Positions 27,656 to 36,827 of a DNA stretch of 64,000 nucleotides are shown piece after piece (position 1 is the stretch's first letter; each line of letters begins with the position of its first letter). Position numbers and translations under genes: made by a program. The stretch is from NCBI GenBank assembly GCA_963760615.1, contig CAVXDX010000014.1:71999-135998 (forward strand), in the 5' to 3' direction. Below the pieces are notes generated by a model. That model ran no database searches and had not been told where the DNA came from. It saw only the letters and a list, made by a program, of their open reading frames with translations. Source of the DNA: an uncultured Candidatus Micrarchaeota archaeon (GTDB lineage Archaea > Micrarchaeota > Micrarchaeia > Burarchaeales > Fermentimicrarchaeaceae).

Positions 27656-28366
27656 TCATAAACTCTTCATTCCAAGCAGCTTCTTGATTTCTTCAGGAGT
27701 CTCAAAGAATAGTTCAAGCGTTCTCCCGCTGCCCGCCTCGGAAAGCTCAAGCTCAACATCCTTGAATTTTGCATTCTTGGGGTAATCATACTTTCCGTCA
27801 CGCAGAAACACCCCGTAGGGCATCCCTTTCCCCTTCACGGCATTGTAGTCGTGCCCCGCCTCCCTTGGAACGAGTCCAACGACAACAGCGCCTTTCCTGC
27901 CGCAGTACAGCCTGTGTATTGAAGTTGGTGAGATGAGCACCTCATCACCTTCCTCCATGTGTATTGCAGTCGTCCTCTGCCTCTCCTCTTCATAGGAGAT
28001 CAGAAAAGCCTCTCCTGCTAGGAGTGTATAAACCTCTGCATATCCCTTTTCATGCTTGTGCCCGTAGGTGAAGAACAGCTCCCCAGAATCGGTTGTTGAG
28101 ATGACTCCGCAGTTGAGGACAGTGACATCGCAGTTTATCCCTGTCTTCTCAGACATCTCCTTCACTTTGGGAATTGTTTTCCAGAGGTTGTAGACTTCAT
28201 AGACGACGATATCCCCCTCTTTCTTGAGCAGCTCCTTTGCATCCTTCTGGCTGAACACAACCCCGTCCTCAATCAGCCTGCTCAGACTCCTTCTCCAGCC
28301 CGATGCATTCTCGTAGTTAATTGAATAATTCTTGCCCTGCTCCTTTATCTCTATGCCCAAATCCAT
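27656..28366 (-). CDS. Cupin-type glucose-6-phosphate isomerase-like protein
   Basis: VVYEVY, DVTVL..G, FFTYGHKH, AEVYTLLAGEA, HRLY, GHDYNAV..KG pattern of archaeal cupin GPI. Confidence 0.75.
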   Translation of the reverse strand: MDLGIEIKEQGKNYSINYENASGWRRSLSRLIEDGVVFSQKDAKELLKKEGDIVVYEVYNLWKTIPKVKEMSEKTGINCDVTVLNCGVISTTDSGELFFTYGHKHEKGYAEVYTLLAGEAFLISYEEERQRTTAIHMEEGDEVLISPTSIHRLYCGRKGAVVVGLVPREAGHDYNAVKGKGMPYGVFLRDGKYDYPKNAKFKDVELELSEAGSGRTLELFFETPEEIKKLLGMKSL

Positions 28367-28405
28367 GAAGATAGATTGGAAAGATGGGAATATAAAGATT
28401 TTGAG

Positions 28406-29278
28406 TTAGGCATGGCTTTCCCGTTTTATTAGGCTATCAGCAAGCTTTGGATAATCAGCTCCCACGCTTAGTGACGGCTTCTCCATGAGCTCCCTGAATT
28501 CTTTAGGATTATAATGAAGAAGATTTGCCATAGCCTGGATATTTTGCTCATATAACCCAAACAGTCTTATCAACCTTAAATTGCGAGCTTTGTAACTCGG
28601 GTGTAGCATATCACGGATAAGAGCATTGGCTACCGTTTCGTAATACTTTTTGCGGTATTCTTTGCCAAGGTATTCATCTTCCATACTAAGGATGACTTCA
28701 TTGTCATGCGTCTCATGCAGATAGCCATAAAGCTTTTTTAGCACTGGGTCCTTGATATCCCCGCTCTCGAGCTGCTTCATAATTACAAAAAAGTGTATGT
28801 AATGGGCCAACTCATGGATTTCCAACCCGTAACGCATATCCTCATCCCGTAATGGGAGGGTTTTAATCAGCACAACGCGGTCTAATTGCTGCTTGGCGCG
28901 AAATATGAATGGATCCAGGGAATCGCGACCGTATGAATATCTCGCACCCCCGAATCTCTCCTTAGCCTCTCGTATCTCATCTTCACTTAGAACCTTTCTA
29001 CCAACTAGCTGTATCATATTTTTTATCTCTTCAGTAAGCTCTTCATTCGACTTGAACTTTTTTATGAATTTTTCGTTCTTTCTTTCATCTCTATCAGCCA
29101 GTGCGCTCAGCTTACCGCTTTTCCAGTCATCATGTATCCTTTCCAGCAAATCCTCCACTGAGCTTAACTTCTTTTTATGCAGGTGGTGGATAATCTCCTT
29201 GATATGCTGGAAGTGCTCCTCTTCCGGTGCTTTTTCTTCCGAGTTTCGCCTTCCTATAAATTTGACATTTTCTGCCAT
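28406..29278 (-). CDS. Hypothetical protein with HExxH motif
   Basis: LEIHELAHYIH metalloprotease-like motif; otherwise unrecognised. Confidence 0.6.
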   Translation of the reverse strand: MAENVKFIGRRNSEEKAPEEEHFQHIKEIIHHLHKKKLSSVEDLLERIHDDWKSGKLSALADRDERKNEKFIKKFKSNEELTEEIKNMIQLVGRKVLSEDEIREAKERFGGARYSYGRDSLDPFIFRAKQQLDRVVLIKTLPLRDEDMRYGLEIHELAHYIHFFVIMKQLESGDIKDPVLKKLYGYLHETHDNEVILSMEDEYLGKEYRKKYYETVANALIRDMLHPSYKARNLRLIRLFGLYEQNIQAMANLLHYNPKEFRELMEKPSLSVGADYPKLADSLIKRESHA

Positions 29279-29340
29279 GCTTAAATTATGCATTTTAAGC
29301 TTAATAAGCGTGTAGAAAAAATGAGAATATAAAAATTAAC

Positions 29341-29718
29341 CTAATGCTTTGCCGTGCCGTATTTCAAGCCAATCAGGAAAGGCGCAAGGAAGGTGACTGC
29401 ATAGTAGACAAACACATCAAGCTTGTAGTAATCCTGCGAGTTGAACAGTTTCACAATGAATACGTAGTCGAAAACGACTGCAATGAGCAGCCAGACCAAT
29501 GCAACCAGGAAGTAATAAACAGCAGTCTCCTCTCTATTCCTGAACCTCTTGTAAGGCATGTAGAGCATAAGGGGGGTGAATATTATGAACAAAACCCAGC
29601 CTAGAATCTCCTTGGGAACGAAAAAATATAGAATTATTGAAGCAATGTAACCAATCAGCCAGATTACAAACCCAAGCAGTAATGTGTCAATGAGTTTTGT
29701 CTTTGTATGCTTTTCCAT
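29341..29718 (-). CDS. Four-TM membrane protein
   Basis: 125 aa, four hydrophobic segments. Confidence 0.75.
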   Translation of the reverse strand: MEKHTKTKLIDTLLLGFVIWLIGYIASIILYFFVPKEILGWVLFIIFTPLMLYMPYKRFRNREETAVYYFLVALVWLLIAVVFDYVFIVKLFNSQDYYKLDVFVYYAVTFLAPFLIGLKYGTAKH

Positions 29719-29727
29719 GACACCACC

Positions 29728-30498
29728 TCACTCAATTATCCTCTTGAAGTTTAGCGAGGCAATGAAAAGTAATACTGCATCAAACACAAGAATTACAACT
29801 ATGTCAAGAGGAAGTTGCGAAAGATTACCCGTGATGAGCAGACCGCGGAGGGCATCAACTATGTATGTCATGGGGTTGACTGTTGCAAAAAGCTGGAGAG
29901 GATACGGCATAGAGTTCACCGGGTAGAGCGCATTGCTCCCAAAGAACATCGGCAGGATGATGACCTGCCCAAGCCCCATGAACCTCTCCCTTGTTTTCAG
30001 TATGGATGCAATGAGGATGGAGAGTGCCGCGAACCCGCTTGATGCAATGAACACAAGGACGAGCGCAGAGAGTAGGTAGAGCGCATTCGGTATTATGCTC
30101 ACTCCTATGAGCAATGCGAAAGGTATGATGAACAGAGCCTGGAAGAGAGCCCTTGTCCCGGCTGCCATTGACCTTCCAGCGACAATTGCAAATTCCGGGG
30201 CGGGAGAGGCGACGAGCTTCTTTAGTATGCCCGACTCCCTCTCCCATATGATTATCAGACCGAAGAATATGGCAACTGTCGTTGTGGACTGGACAAGAAC
30301 TCCGGGCATGATGTAATCCGTGTAGGGAATATTGCCGGTGGGTATACTGTGGAAAGAGCCAACTACGGGCCCGAAAACAAGCAGCCAGAGAAGGGGCTGC
30401 ACTGCCCTGAGGTAGAGCTCTGTTCTGTCGTGCATGATTCTCCTTATCTCCAGTTCAATCATTGAGAGAATCACTCTAAGGTATTCGTTCAGGCTCAC
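29728..30498 (-). CDS. ABC-2 permease (DrrB-like)
   Basis: YIMPGVL, WERESGILKKL, MFFGSNALYP, NPMTYIVDALR. Confidence 0.92.
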   Translation of the reverse strand: MSLNEYLRVILSMIELEIRRIMHDRTELYLRAVQPLLWLLVFGPVVGSFHSIPTGNIPYTDYIMPGVLVQSTTTVAIFFGLIIIWERESGILKKLVASPAPEFAIVAGRSMAAGTRALFQALFIIPFALLIGVSIIPNALYLLSALVLVFIASSGFAALSILIASILKTRERFMGLGQVIILPMFFGSNALYPVNSMPYPLQLFATVNPMTYIVDALRGLLITGNLSQLPLDIVVILVFDAVLLFIASLNFKRIIE

Positions 30499-31496
30499 CC
30501 CCTCCTTATCCTCTCCCTCATCCTCTTGAGCTCGGCAAGCTGCCCCTGGCCCTGCGGGGACTCCTTGGCGCTGGCGTACCTCAGGAAAGCATCATCAATT
30601 GTGGGCTTGCGGGTCGAAATTCTTTTTATTACAAGATTGTCAGCAAGAAGGGATTTAATAATTCCGCCGAGAGATTCCTCGCTGCTCTTTGTGAATATTG
30701 TTAGCCTATCTCCTTTCGCTTCAACACGTGTAAGGTCCTTCAGCCTTTTCAGATGTGCTGCTGCTCTTTTGCTTATTTCAGAGCCGCTTTCTATTGTCAC
30801 AATGTCGCTGCCCACAGAGCGCTTCAAGTCGTCAGGGGAGGCAACCTTGATGAGTCTCCCTCTGTTTATTATTCCAATCTCATCTGCATAGGATTCCGCC
30901 TCATCCATGTAGTGGGTGCTGAAGAACACATTGGTGCCGCTCTCCCTGTTCAGCGCCATAAGCTTCTTCCAGATGGTCTTCCTTGTTGCAGGGTCCAGCC
31001 CAATAGTCGGTTCATCAAGGAAGAGTATTTTCGGCTTGATCATTATGGCGCACGCCAACTCCAGTTTTCTTATCATCCCTCCGGAGTATGTGCTGACAAG
31101 CCTGTTTGCAATATCATTGAGATCCATCAGCTGCAGTGATTCGCGTATGGAGTCCTTCCTTTCCTCTGCGGGTATTCCATATATCTTGGAGTAGATGAGC
31201 AGGTTCTCGTACCCGCTTATGTCCGTCCACACGCTCATCTCCTGAGGGACATAGCTGATTAGCTTGCGTAGCTCACCACCCTGCGTGATGACATTCTTCC
31301 CTAGCACGAAAGCATCCCCCGAGGTTGGCTCAAACTGGGTTGTGAGAATCCTCATAAGGGTCGTCTTCCCAGCGCCGTTAGGGCCGAGCAGTGCGAAGAG
31401 CTTGCCCTCCTCAACCTTTAGATAAATCCTGTCAAGGGCAAGGAGAGTGCCGTATTTCTTCGAAAGCTTTCTGACGTCAACAGCTAGGTCATTCAT
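30495..31496 (-). CDS. ABC ATP-binding protein (DrrA-like)
   Basis: GPNGAGKTT, YSGGM, FLDEPTIGLD, STHYMDEAE. Confidence 0.95.
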   Translation of the reverse strand: MNDLAVDVRKLSKKYGTLLALDRIYLKVEEGKLFALLGPNGAGKTTLMRILTTQFEPTSGDAFVLGKNVITQGGELRKLISYVPQEMSVWTDISGYENLLIYSKIYGIPAEERKDSIRESLQLMDLNDIANRLVSTYSGGMIRKLELACAIMIKPKILFLDEPTIGLDPATRKTIWKKLMALNRESGTNVFFSTHYMDEAESYADEIGIINRGRLIKVASPDDLKRSVGSDIVTIESGSEISKRAAAHLKRLKDLTRVEAKGDRLTIFTKSSEESLGGIIKSLLADNLVIKRISTRKPTIDDAFLRYASAKESPQGQGQLAELKRMRERIRRG

Positions 31497-31577
31497 GGAG
31501 GGTATTTAAGAGCGAAGTGATTAAAGGACTTTCTGCTTTCTTTCAGATTCCTTCATAAAATCACTTCTTCTTTTTAG

Positions 31578-31739
31578 TTAAGATTGTTTTGTTTTCATTG
31601 GTTGCAAGAAGAATAATAAGAATGCAAAAAACAGATAATACAAGGGTTCATTTAATCCATATCCTAAGAAACCTAGAAATCCGATAAAGCCCAAGTACCA
31701 ATTTAAGTTTACTTTTTCAGTCTTTCTTTTTTCTTTCAT
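31578..31739 (-). CDS. 53-aa membrane microprotein
   Basis: Own translation MKEKRKTEKVNLNWYLGFIGFLGFLGYGLNEPLYYLFFAFLLFFLQPMKTKQS; GFxG repeats; GGTGG upstream. Confidence 0.6.
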   Translation of the reverse strand: MKEKRKTEKVNLNWYLGFIGFLGFLGYGLNEPLYYLFFAFLLFFLQPMKTKQS

Positions 31740-31783
31740 CTTTACCACCCATCAGATAATCTGTCTTGATGAATATAAAAGTA

Positions 31784-31890
31784 TGGGCCCGGTGCGATTT
31801 GAACGCACGACCCCCCGGTTATCAGCCGAGTGCTCCAACCAGACTTTTAGCCCTGTATTATTTAGTATAATACAAGAAAGCTACGGGCCC
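31784..31890 (-). tRNA. tRNA-Ile(GAT) with a 32-nt BHB intron at position 13/14
   Basis: Exon 1 31890-31878 (GGGCCCGTAGCTT), intron 31877-31846, exon 2 31845-31784 (AGTCTGGTTGGAGCACTCGGCTGATAACCGGGGGGTCGTGCGTTCAAATCGCACCGGGCCCA). Central helix TAGC/GCTA with TTT and AAA bulges and a 10-bp intron stem; splicing yields a canonical cloverleaf; CCA not encoded. Confidence 0.9.
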
Positions 31891-32954
31891 CCAGTTACCT
31901 GTCGTAATAACATGTTTTTCTCTAAACCTTTATAACGTTTGCTTTTATTTGTTATCAGAACTCCGGGTATAAAGCCTCCTAACTTAGCAAAATTTTTAAT
32001 TGAATTTAAATCGTAAATTCGTATGCCATCAACTCCACTCCATGACGTTTTTTCTTTACCGAGATGTCCAAATATCTCGTAGGATTTAATTATATGCATC
32101 CATTCCGTAGATAAAGTTGGATGATAGCAGGCTAAATTCAATTCAATACTGTTGTTTGAAACTGAAATACAACCGTCTGCAGAGAAAGCAAATCTAATGC
32201 ACCATCCTATTGTTTTTTCATCTGCATTTTTCAAAAAATTTAAAGAGGGTTGAACCTCACTGAGATAATCTTCCTTGCTTTGACCTCGTCGTGGTGTTTT
32301 TGTATAATTTGGTGATAAGCTAAGTAACTCTTTTGCCAGATAAATGTCATTCACACGAATTGCATAGACATCATCTTTACTAAGAGTTTCGGACGGCATA
32401 AATCTACTGAGTTTAGATAATAATGCTTTCATAAATCTTTTCAAAACTTCATCTTTGGTATAATATGCAATTCTATAGCTATTTCCATGTATTGTTAGTG
32501 ATCCATCGGTAAGCAAACATGTAGCTAAAATGAATTTCAAATTTACCTTGCTTCTCAAAAGAGTATGTAAAAGCTTATTTTTTATTTTAGTCTTTCTTTT
32601 TATTAGAAATGCGCTTTCTAATCGTCTTTTATCTCTAATGGCTCTTACTTGTTCTAAGACTTTATGGATATCTTGAATGTTTTGGATTCTTGAGTTGCCA
32701 CCCTTTACTTGACCCCAGTTTCCAGGTAATTTTTCCTTTATTTTGTTTTCATAAATTTTTAATTTTGGTGCAATTTTGCACATTTTAAAGAATACATCGA
32801 CGGGGAGAGTACGTTCTTCCCTCAGCCATCGTTTGAGGGTTGTTTCACTCACATTCAGTAATTTTGCGGCAGAAGATAAAGTCAAATCATTAAACTTTAA
32901 GGAGTCTTGAAGAAATCTTTTTTGTTGACCTTTTACGAATTTTAATCGTTCCAT
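31881..32954 (-). CDS. LAGLIDADG-family homing-endonuclease-like protein with N-terminal HTH
   Basis: HTH (AAKLLNVSETTLKRW), NWGQVKGG, two LAGLIDADG-like helices (LATCLLTDGSL; IRFAFSADGCI); AT-rich; last codons overlap tRNA-Ile bases 1-10. Confidence 0.8.
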   Translation of the reverse strand: MERLKFVKGQQKRFLQDSLKFNDLTLSSAAKLLNVSETTLKRWLREERTLPVDVFFKMCKIAPKLKIYENKIKEKLPGNWGQVKGGNSRIQNIQDIHKVLEQVRAIRDKRRLESAFLIKRKTKIKNKLLHTLLRSKVNLKFILATCLLTDGSLTIHGNSYRIAYYTKDEVLKRFMKALLSKLSRFMPSETLSKDDVYAIRVNDIYLAKELLSLSPNYTKTPRRGQSKEDYLSEVQPSLNFLKNADEKTIGWCIRFAFSADGCISVSNNSIELNLACYHPTLSTEWMHIIKSYEIFGHLGKEKTSWSGVDGIRIYDLNSIKNFAKLGGFIPGVLITNKSKRYKGLEKNMLLRQVTGGP

Positions 32955-32999
32955 ATGCTATATTTGGAACCATGCTTTTTTAAAAGTACGTATAAATCA

Positions 33000-33019
33000 C
33001 CATACTGAGCTACGGACCC
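33000..33019 (-). other. Isolated tRNA 5' fragment (GGGTCCGTAGCTCAGTATGG)
   Basis: Acceptor 5' strand plus D-stem 5' half, about 25 nt downstream of a TTTAAATA box (33043-33050); no matching 3' half follows directly. Confidence 0.6.
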
Positions 33020-33084
33020 CACCGAATAATTTTAGATGAATATATTTAAATGCCTTGAGTTTCTATACATACTTGGTGATATTT

Positions 33085-34200
33085 ATGGAGGGAAAAACTA
33101 CTTTCAGTTTAATAAAAGCAGATATTGGAAGCTATGCAGGTCACTCAAAGGTGCATGAGGACACTCTCGCGCTTGCTGAGAGGAAGCTGGAGAAAGCAAA
33201 AAAAGCAGGCGTCATACTGGACTTCAGGGTGACTCACTGCGGTGATGACACTGAATTGATAATGACCCACAAGCGCGGAGTGGACAACCCAAAGGTGCAC
33301 AAGCTTGCGTGGGATACTTTTGTTGAGTGCGCAAACCTTGCAAAGAAGATGCACCTCTATGGAGCCGGGCAGGATTTGCTCAAGGATGCATTCTGCGGAA
33401 ATGTGAAAGGCATGGGCCCGGGCAGCGCAGAGATAGAGTTCACGGAGAGGAAGGCAGAGCCTGTCATTGCATTCATGATGGACAAAACGGAGCCTGGTGC
33501 ATTCAACCTGCCGGTCTACAAGGTTTTCGCAGACCCGTTCAACACAGCTGGCTTGGTGATAGACCCCTCTGTTCATCCCGGGTTTGTATTTGAGATTTGG
33601 GACATAATGCAACATAAGAAGGTGTTGATGAAGTCACCTGAGGAGATGTATGACATTCTTGCTTTAATTGGAGCGAAGGGAAGGTACGTGATAAAGAGAG
33701 TTTATCCGAAGCCAGGGGGAAAACTTCCCGCGGATGAGCCGGTTGCATGCATAAGCACAGATAAATTATACCAGATTGCCGGGGAATATGTTGGAAAGGA
33801 CGACCCCTGCGGGGTTATAAGGGCGCAGTCAGGTCTGCCTGCGGTTGGAGAGGTTCTTGAAGGGTTCAGCTTCCCACATCTGGTTTCTGGCTGGATGAGA
33901 GGCTCCCACAACGGCCCTTTGATGCCGGTAGGGGTGAAGGACGCCAAGTGCACCCGTTTTGACGGACCTCCAAGGCTGATTGCTCTGGGCTTCCAAGTCG
34001 GGGATGGAATGCTGGTGGGGCCAAACGACATGTTCGACGACCCGGTGTATGACTACAACAGGTGGAAGGCTGCAGAGATTGCGGACTACATGAGAAGGCA
34101 CGGCCCATTTGAGCCGCACAGGCTTCCGCTTGAGGATATGGAGTATACAACACTGCCTGGCGTGCTGAAGAAGCTTGAGGGAAGGTTCAGCAAGCTCTGA
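33085..34200 (+). CDS. fbp: Bifunctional fructose-1,6-bisphosphate aldolase/phosphatase (class V)
   Basis: IKADIGS..GH, CGDD..L, YGAGQDLLKDAFCGNVKGMGPG, GKDDP, GWMRGSHNGPLMP, GPFEPHRL. Confidence 0.97.
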   Translation: MEGKTTFSLIKADIGSYAGHSKVHEDTLALAERKLEKAKKAGVILDFRVTHCGDDTELIMTHKRGVDNPKVHKLAWDTFVECANLAKKMHLYGAGQDLLKDAFCGNVKGMGPGSAEIEFTERKAEPVIAFMMDKTEPGAFNLPVYKVFADPFNTAGLVIDPSVHPGFVFEIWDIMQHKKVLMKSPEEMYDILALIGAKGRYVIKRVYPKPGGKLPADEPVACISTDKLYQIAGEYVGKDDPCGVIRAQSGLPAVGEVLEGFSFPHLVSGWMRGSHNGPLMPVGVKDAKCTRFDGPPRLIALGFQVGDGMLVGPNDMFDDPVYDYNRWKAAEIADYMRRHGPFEPHRLPLEDMEYTTLPGVLKKLEGRFSKL

Positions 34201-34202
34201 GC

Positions 34203-35108
34203 TCACAGCCTTAGGTCAAGACCGAAGAGCTTGAAGAACACTAGCGAAGCCAAGGAGCCTATCAGAGTTATATCAAAGATTATATTCCCGCCGAAGGTGT
34301 GGAATACCTGCAGAGCGGTGGAAACTCCTGAGTAGTACCAGATTACCAGAACCGTGATTATTCTCACCACATCAAGCAACCAGCCTGCGGTAACCCCTAG
34401 GGCAAGCCATACTACTTTGTTTATGGTTTTTCCTCTTGCAACATAGGCAAACGGCAGCAGGAAGCAGAACAGCGCAATCATGGCGCTGAGAGGAACGCAT
34501 TCCGGCACTACTTCAAGAGACATCTTCGAGTCTGAGTAGAATGCATTGCCCACCCGCTCTATCTGCAACCCAAAAATATTCAGGGGAATGCCAACAACAT
34601 CTGTTGTGATGTCCGTGAGTGTTTTCTGTGTTGATATGACGGGCTGGAAGAGAGGAGTCCAAAGGAGGAAGAGGTAGAGGATAAGGAACAGCAGTCTTTT
34701 CAAGGTGTAGATGCTGAAGAAAAGCAGCACGCAGCCTGCAGTGAAGAAGGGAAGGGAGAGCAGGTCAAGAGCATACTGGGGAAAAGCGCCAGCTTCTGAC
34801 AGCAATATTGCGGATACGGCAAAAAGCAGTATGGCGAGCAGAAACTTTTTGACATCCCACTCAAGCCTCAAGTCCTTCCTGTAGAAGAATATGAGCATTA
34901 TGATGAACATGAGGGGTATGACTGCCGCATAGGAGTACGGGTCGGCGTCATCTATGTAGAGCTTCATATTGGAGAACATACTGTAGTAGAAGAGGAGGGT
35001 TAGGCATAGCAGAAGTAGAAGTGAAACCGCAGGCCTCCAGTCCATACCTGCAGCATGTTTGCTCTTCTCTTCTCCTCCAGTTTTTTTACTTCTCGCAAGA
35101 GTCATCAT
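34203..35108 (-). CDS. Exosortase/archaeosortase-family protein
   Basis: Multi-TM; VVPEC (Cys), DVVRI (Arg), FHTFGG (His) triad in the expected order; start placed at MMTLAR. Confidence 0.75.
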   Translation of the reverse strand: MMTLARSKKTGGEEKSKHAAGMDWRPAVSLLLLLCLTLLFYYSMFSNMKLYIDDADPYSYAAVIPLMFIIMLIFFYRKDLRLEWDVKKFLLAILLFAVSAILLSEAGAFPQYALDLLSLPFFTAGCVLLFFSIYTLKRLLFLILYLFLLWTPLFQPVISTQKTLTDITTDVVGIPLNIFGLQIERVGNAFYSDSKMSLEVVPECVPLSAMIALFCFLLPFAYVARGKTINKVVWLALGVTAGWLLDVVRIITVLVIWYYSGVSTALQVFHTFGGNIIFDITLIGSLASLVFFKLFGLDLRL

Positions 35109-35134
35109 TCCACTTTTGCACTTCGTTATATAAA

Positions 35135-35416
35135 TCATCCATATTTTTTCTTTCTGGCTGAGAATTGGAGTAGGATGCCAAGCAATAGAAAAAACATCCC
35201 AGCAATAACGAAGAACCAGTTGTAGGGTGCCAGCAGCATGACGAGCGCTCCCATAAGGGCAAAAAACAGCCCTATGGAGGGATACGCAGCCATTATGCAG
35301 GGTATGCACATCACGCCTAAAGCTGCAAACAGGCCTGAGATTATGCCTATTATGACAAGGGAGGGGCTCACCCTGCTTTTCCCCTTACTCTTGCCTTTTC
35401 CCTTTCTCCCAGCCAT
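35135..35416 (-). CDS. Small membrane protein with intramembrane CxxC
   Basis: Basic N-terminus, three TM segments, CIPC; loosely MerT/MerF-like. Confidence 0.6.
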   Translation of the reverse strand: MAGRKGKGKSKGKSRVSPSLVIIGIISGLFAALGVMCIPCIMAAYPSIGLFFALMGALVMLLAPYNWFFVIAGMFFLLLGILLQFSARKKKYG

Positions 35417-35479
35417 GTTTAGAAAGTTGGCGGAGGATATATTAATATCCTATTGATTACTATGTAACTGGATGTTGCT

Positions 35480-36325
35480 ATGCTGAGAGAATTCATCTTT
35501 TTGGTCATCCTGATTCTGTTGATTTCAGGTTGCGTTGGATGGCAGTTGCCGGGGTCGGGCAATGCTTCCAACAGGGAGGTAAACACAGAAGGAACAAACA
35601 GCACAGCTGGCGGGGAACCACTGGGCGGTACGGTAATTGAAAGAACAGTCCCGAAGAACTCGAGCTGGAAATATGCGGTATTCCTGCCGCCAAACTATAA
35701 CGCAAGCAGGAAGTACCCTGTGATTATTGGGCTGCATGGAACCGGCGGGGATGCCATGGATTATGTTAACACTTGGAAAGAGGAAGCAGGCAAGAATGGC
35801 TTCATACTAGCATTCCCACAGTCACCTGATACGCAAGGCTGGGATATAAGAACCATAAATGAGTTTGTAGCAGCAGTCGCTGATGATGTAGAAGAGAGTT
35901 ATAACATAACAAACATGTATCTTACCGGGCATTCGGCAGGAGCCCGCATGATAGTGACCGTTGCGCTCCTGAACCCGCGATTCCGTGGAGTGGCAATGGT
36001 TGACGGAGCGCTTCCGCCATGGTACTGCCCTACTGATATTCAGTACTGCAGTCAGGAGTACTCCAGCAAATACGGCGGTTGTGGATGCGCGGAGGGCCAA
36101 TACTTCTATATGCTGAACGGTGCGAATGATGATATAGTAACTCCGTCTGAAGCAACTGAGGCAAGGAGCGAGTTGGAAAAATGCGGTGTGAATATAACGC
36201 AGAGATTCCTCCCAAATCACTGGCATGAGTATCCCCAGGAAGAGAATGTGAATATAATTGGATGGTTCAAATCTCTTGAATCCAACAAAAGTATAACTCC
36301 AATTAAATGCAAGTCCGCATCCTGA
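35480..36325 (+). CDS. Alpha/beta-hydrolase (esterase/PHB-depolymerase-like) lipoprotein
   Basis: LISGC lipobox, YPVIIGLHGTGG, GHSAG nucleophile elbow, GANDDIV, His in HWHEY. Confidence 0.85.
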   Translation: MLREFIFLVILILLISGCVGWQLPGSGNASNREVNTEGTNSTAGGEPLGGTVIERTVPKNSSWKYAVFLPPNYNASRKYPVIIGLHGTGGDAMDYVNTWKEEAGKNGFILAFPQSPDTQGWDIRTINEFVAAVADDVEESYNITNMYLTGHSAGARMIVTVALLNPRFRGVAMVDGALPPWYCPTDIQYCSQEYSSKYGGCGCAEGQYFYMLNGANDDIVTPSEATEARSELEKCGVNITQRFLPNHWHEYPQEENVNIIGWFKSLESNKSITPIKCKSAS

Positions 36326-36378
36326 TGGCTTTGGCAATGCGAATAAGCTTTATATTAGGTTAATGAGAATAGATTTTC

Positions 36379-36795
36379 ATGAAGGAGCTGACCATATTTG
36401 CAAAGGACAGGGTGGGCCTGCTTGCGGATATAACAGAGATGATGGGTAAGAACGGCATAAACATAGAGTTCCTTTCTGGGGAGGCTATTGCGGGGATTGC
36501 CGTGCTTCACATGACATTCTCGGATGAGCTCGCTGCGGCATCTCTACTGGAGAGGGCTGGGTTCACAGTGATAAGCTCGGATATACTGGTGCTGAAGATA
36601 CCCAACAAGCCCGGGGAGATAGGGAGAATCAGCAGAATGCTCTCCGAGGAGGGGATAAATATACAGAACATATACTTCATGGGCGAGAAGGCGAGGCACG
36701 GGTTCTTTGCAGTGAAGGTGGACAGGCCTGAGGATGCCAGGGGAATTCTGAAAAAATATGTTTCAAAGTCACCGGGAATGGGAAGACTGGGATAA
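36379..36795 (+). CDS. Tandem ACT-domain protein
   Basis: DRVGLLADI..MGKNGINI and NKPGEIGRISRML.EEGINI. Confidence 0.9.
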   Translation: MKELTIFAKDRVGLLADITEMMGKNGINIEFLSGEAIAGIAVLHMTFSDELAAASLLERAGFTVISSDILVLKIPNKPGEIGRISRMLSEEGINIQNIYFMGEKARHGFFAVKVDRPEDARGILKKYVSKSPGMGRLG

Positions 36796-36827
36796 AGTTA
36801 ATAAAGAGGTTTGCGAAAGGTAATTGC

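Noticed and set aside
31881-32954. LAGLIDADG ORF as an intein or group I intron ORF
   Set aside because: Free-standing ORF with no host extein or splicing motifs; no group I core elements recognised.
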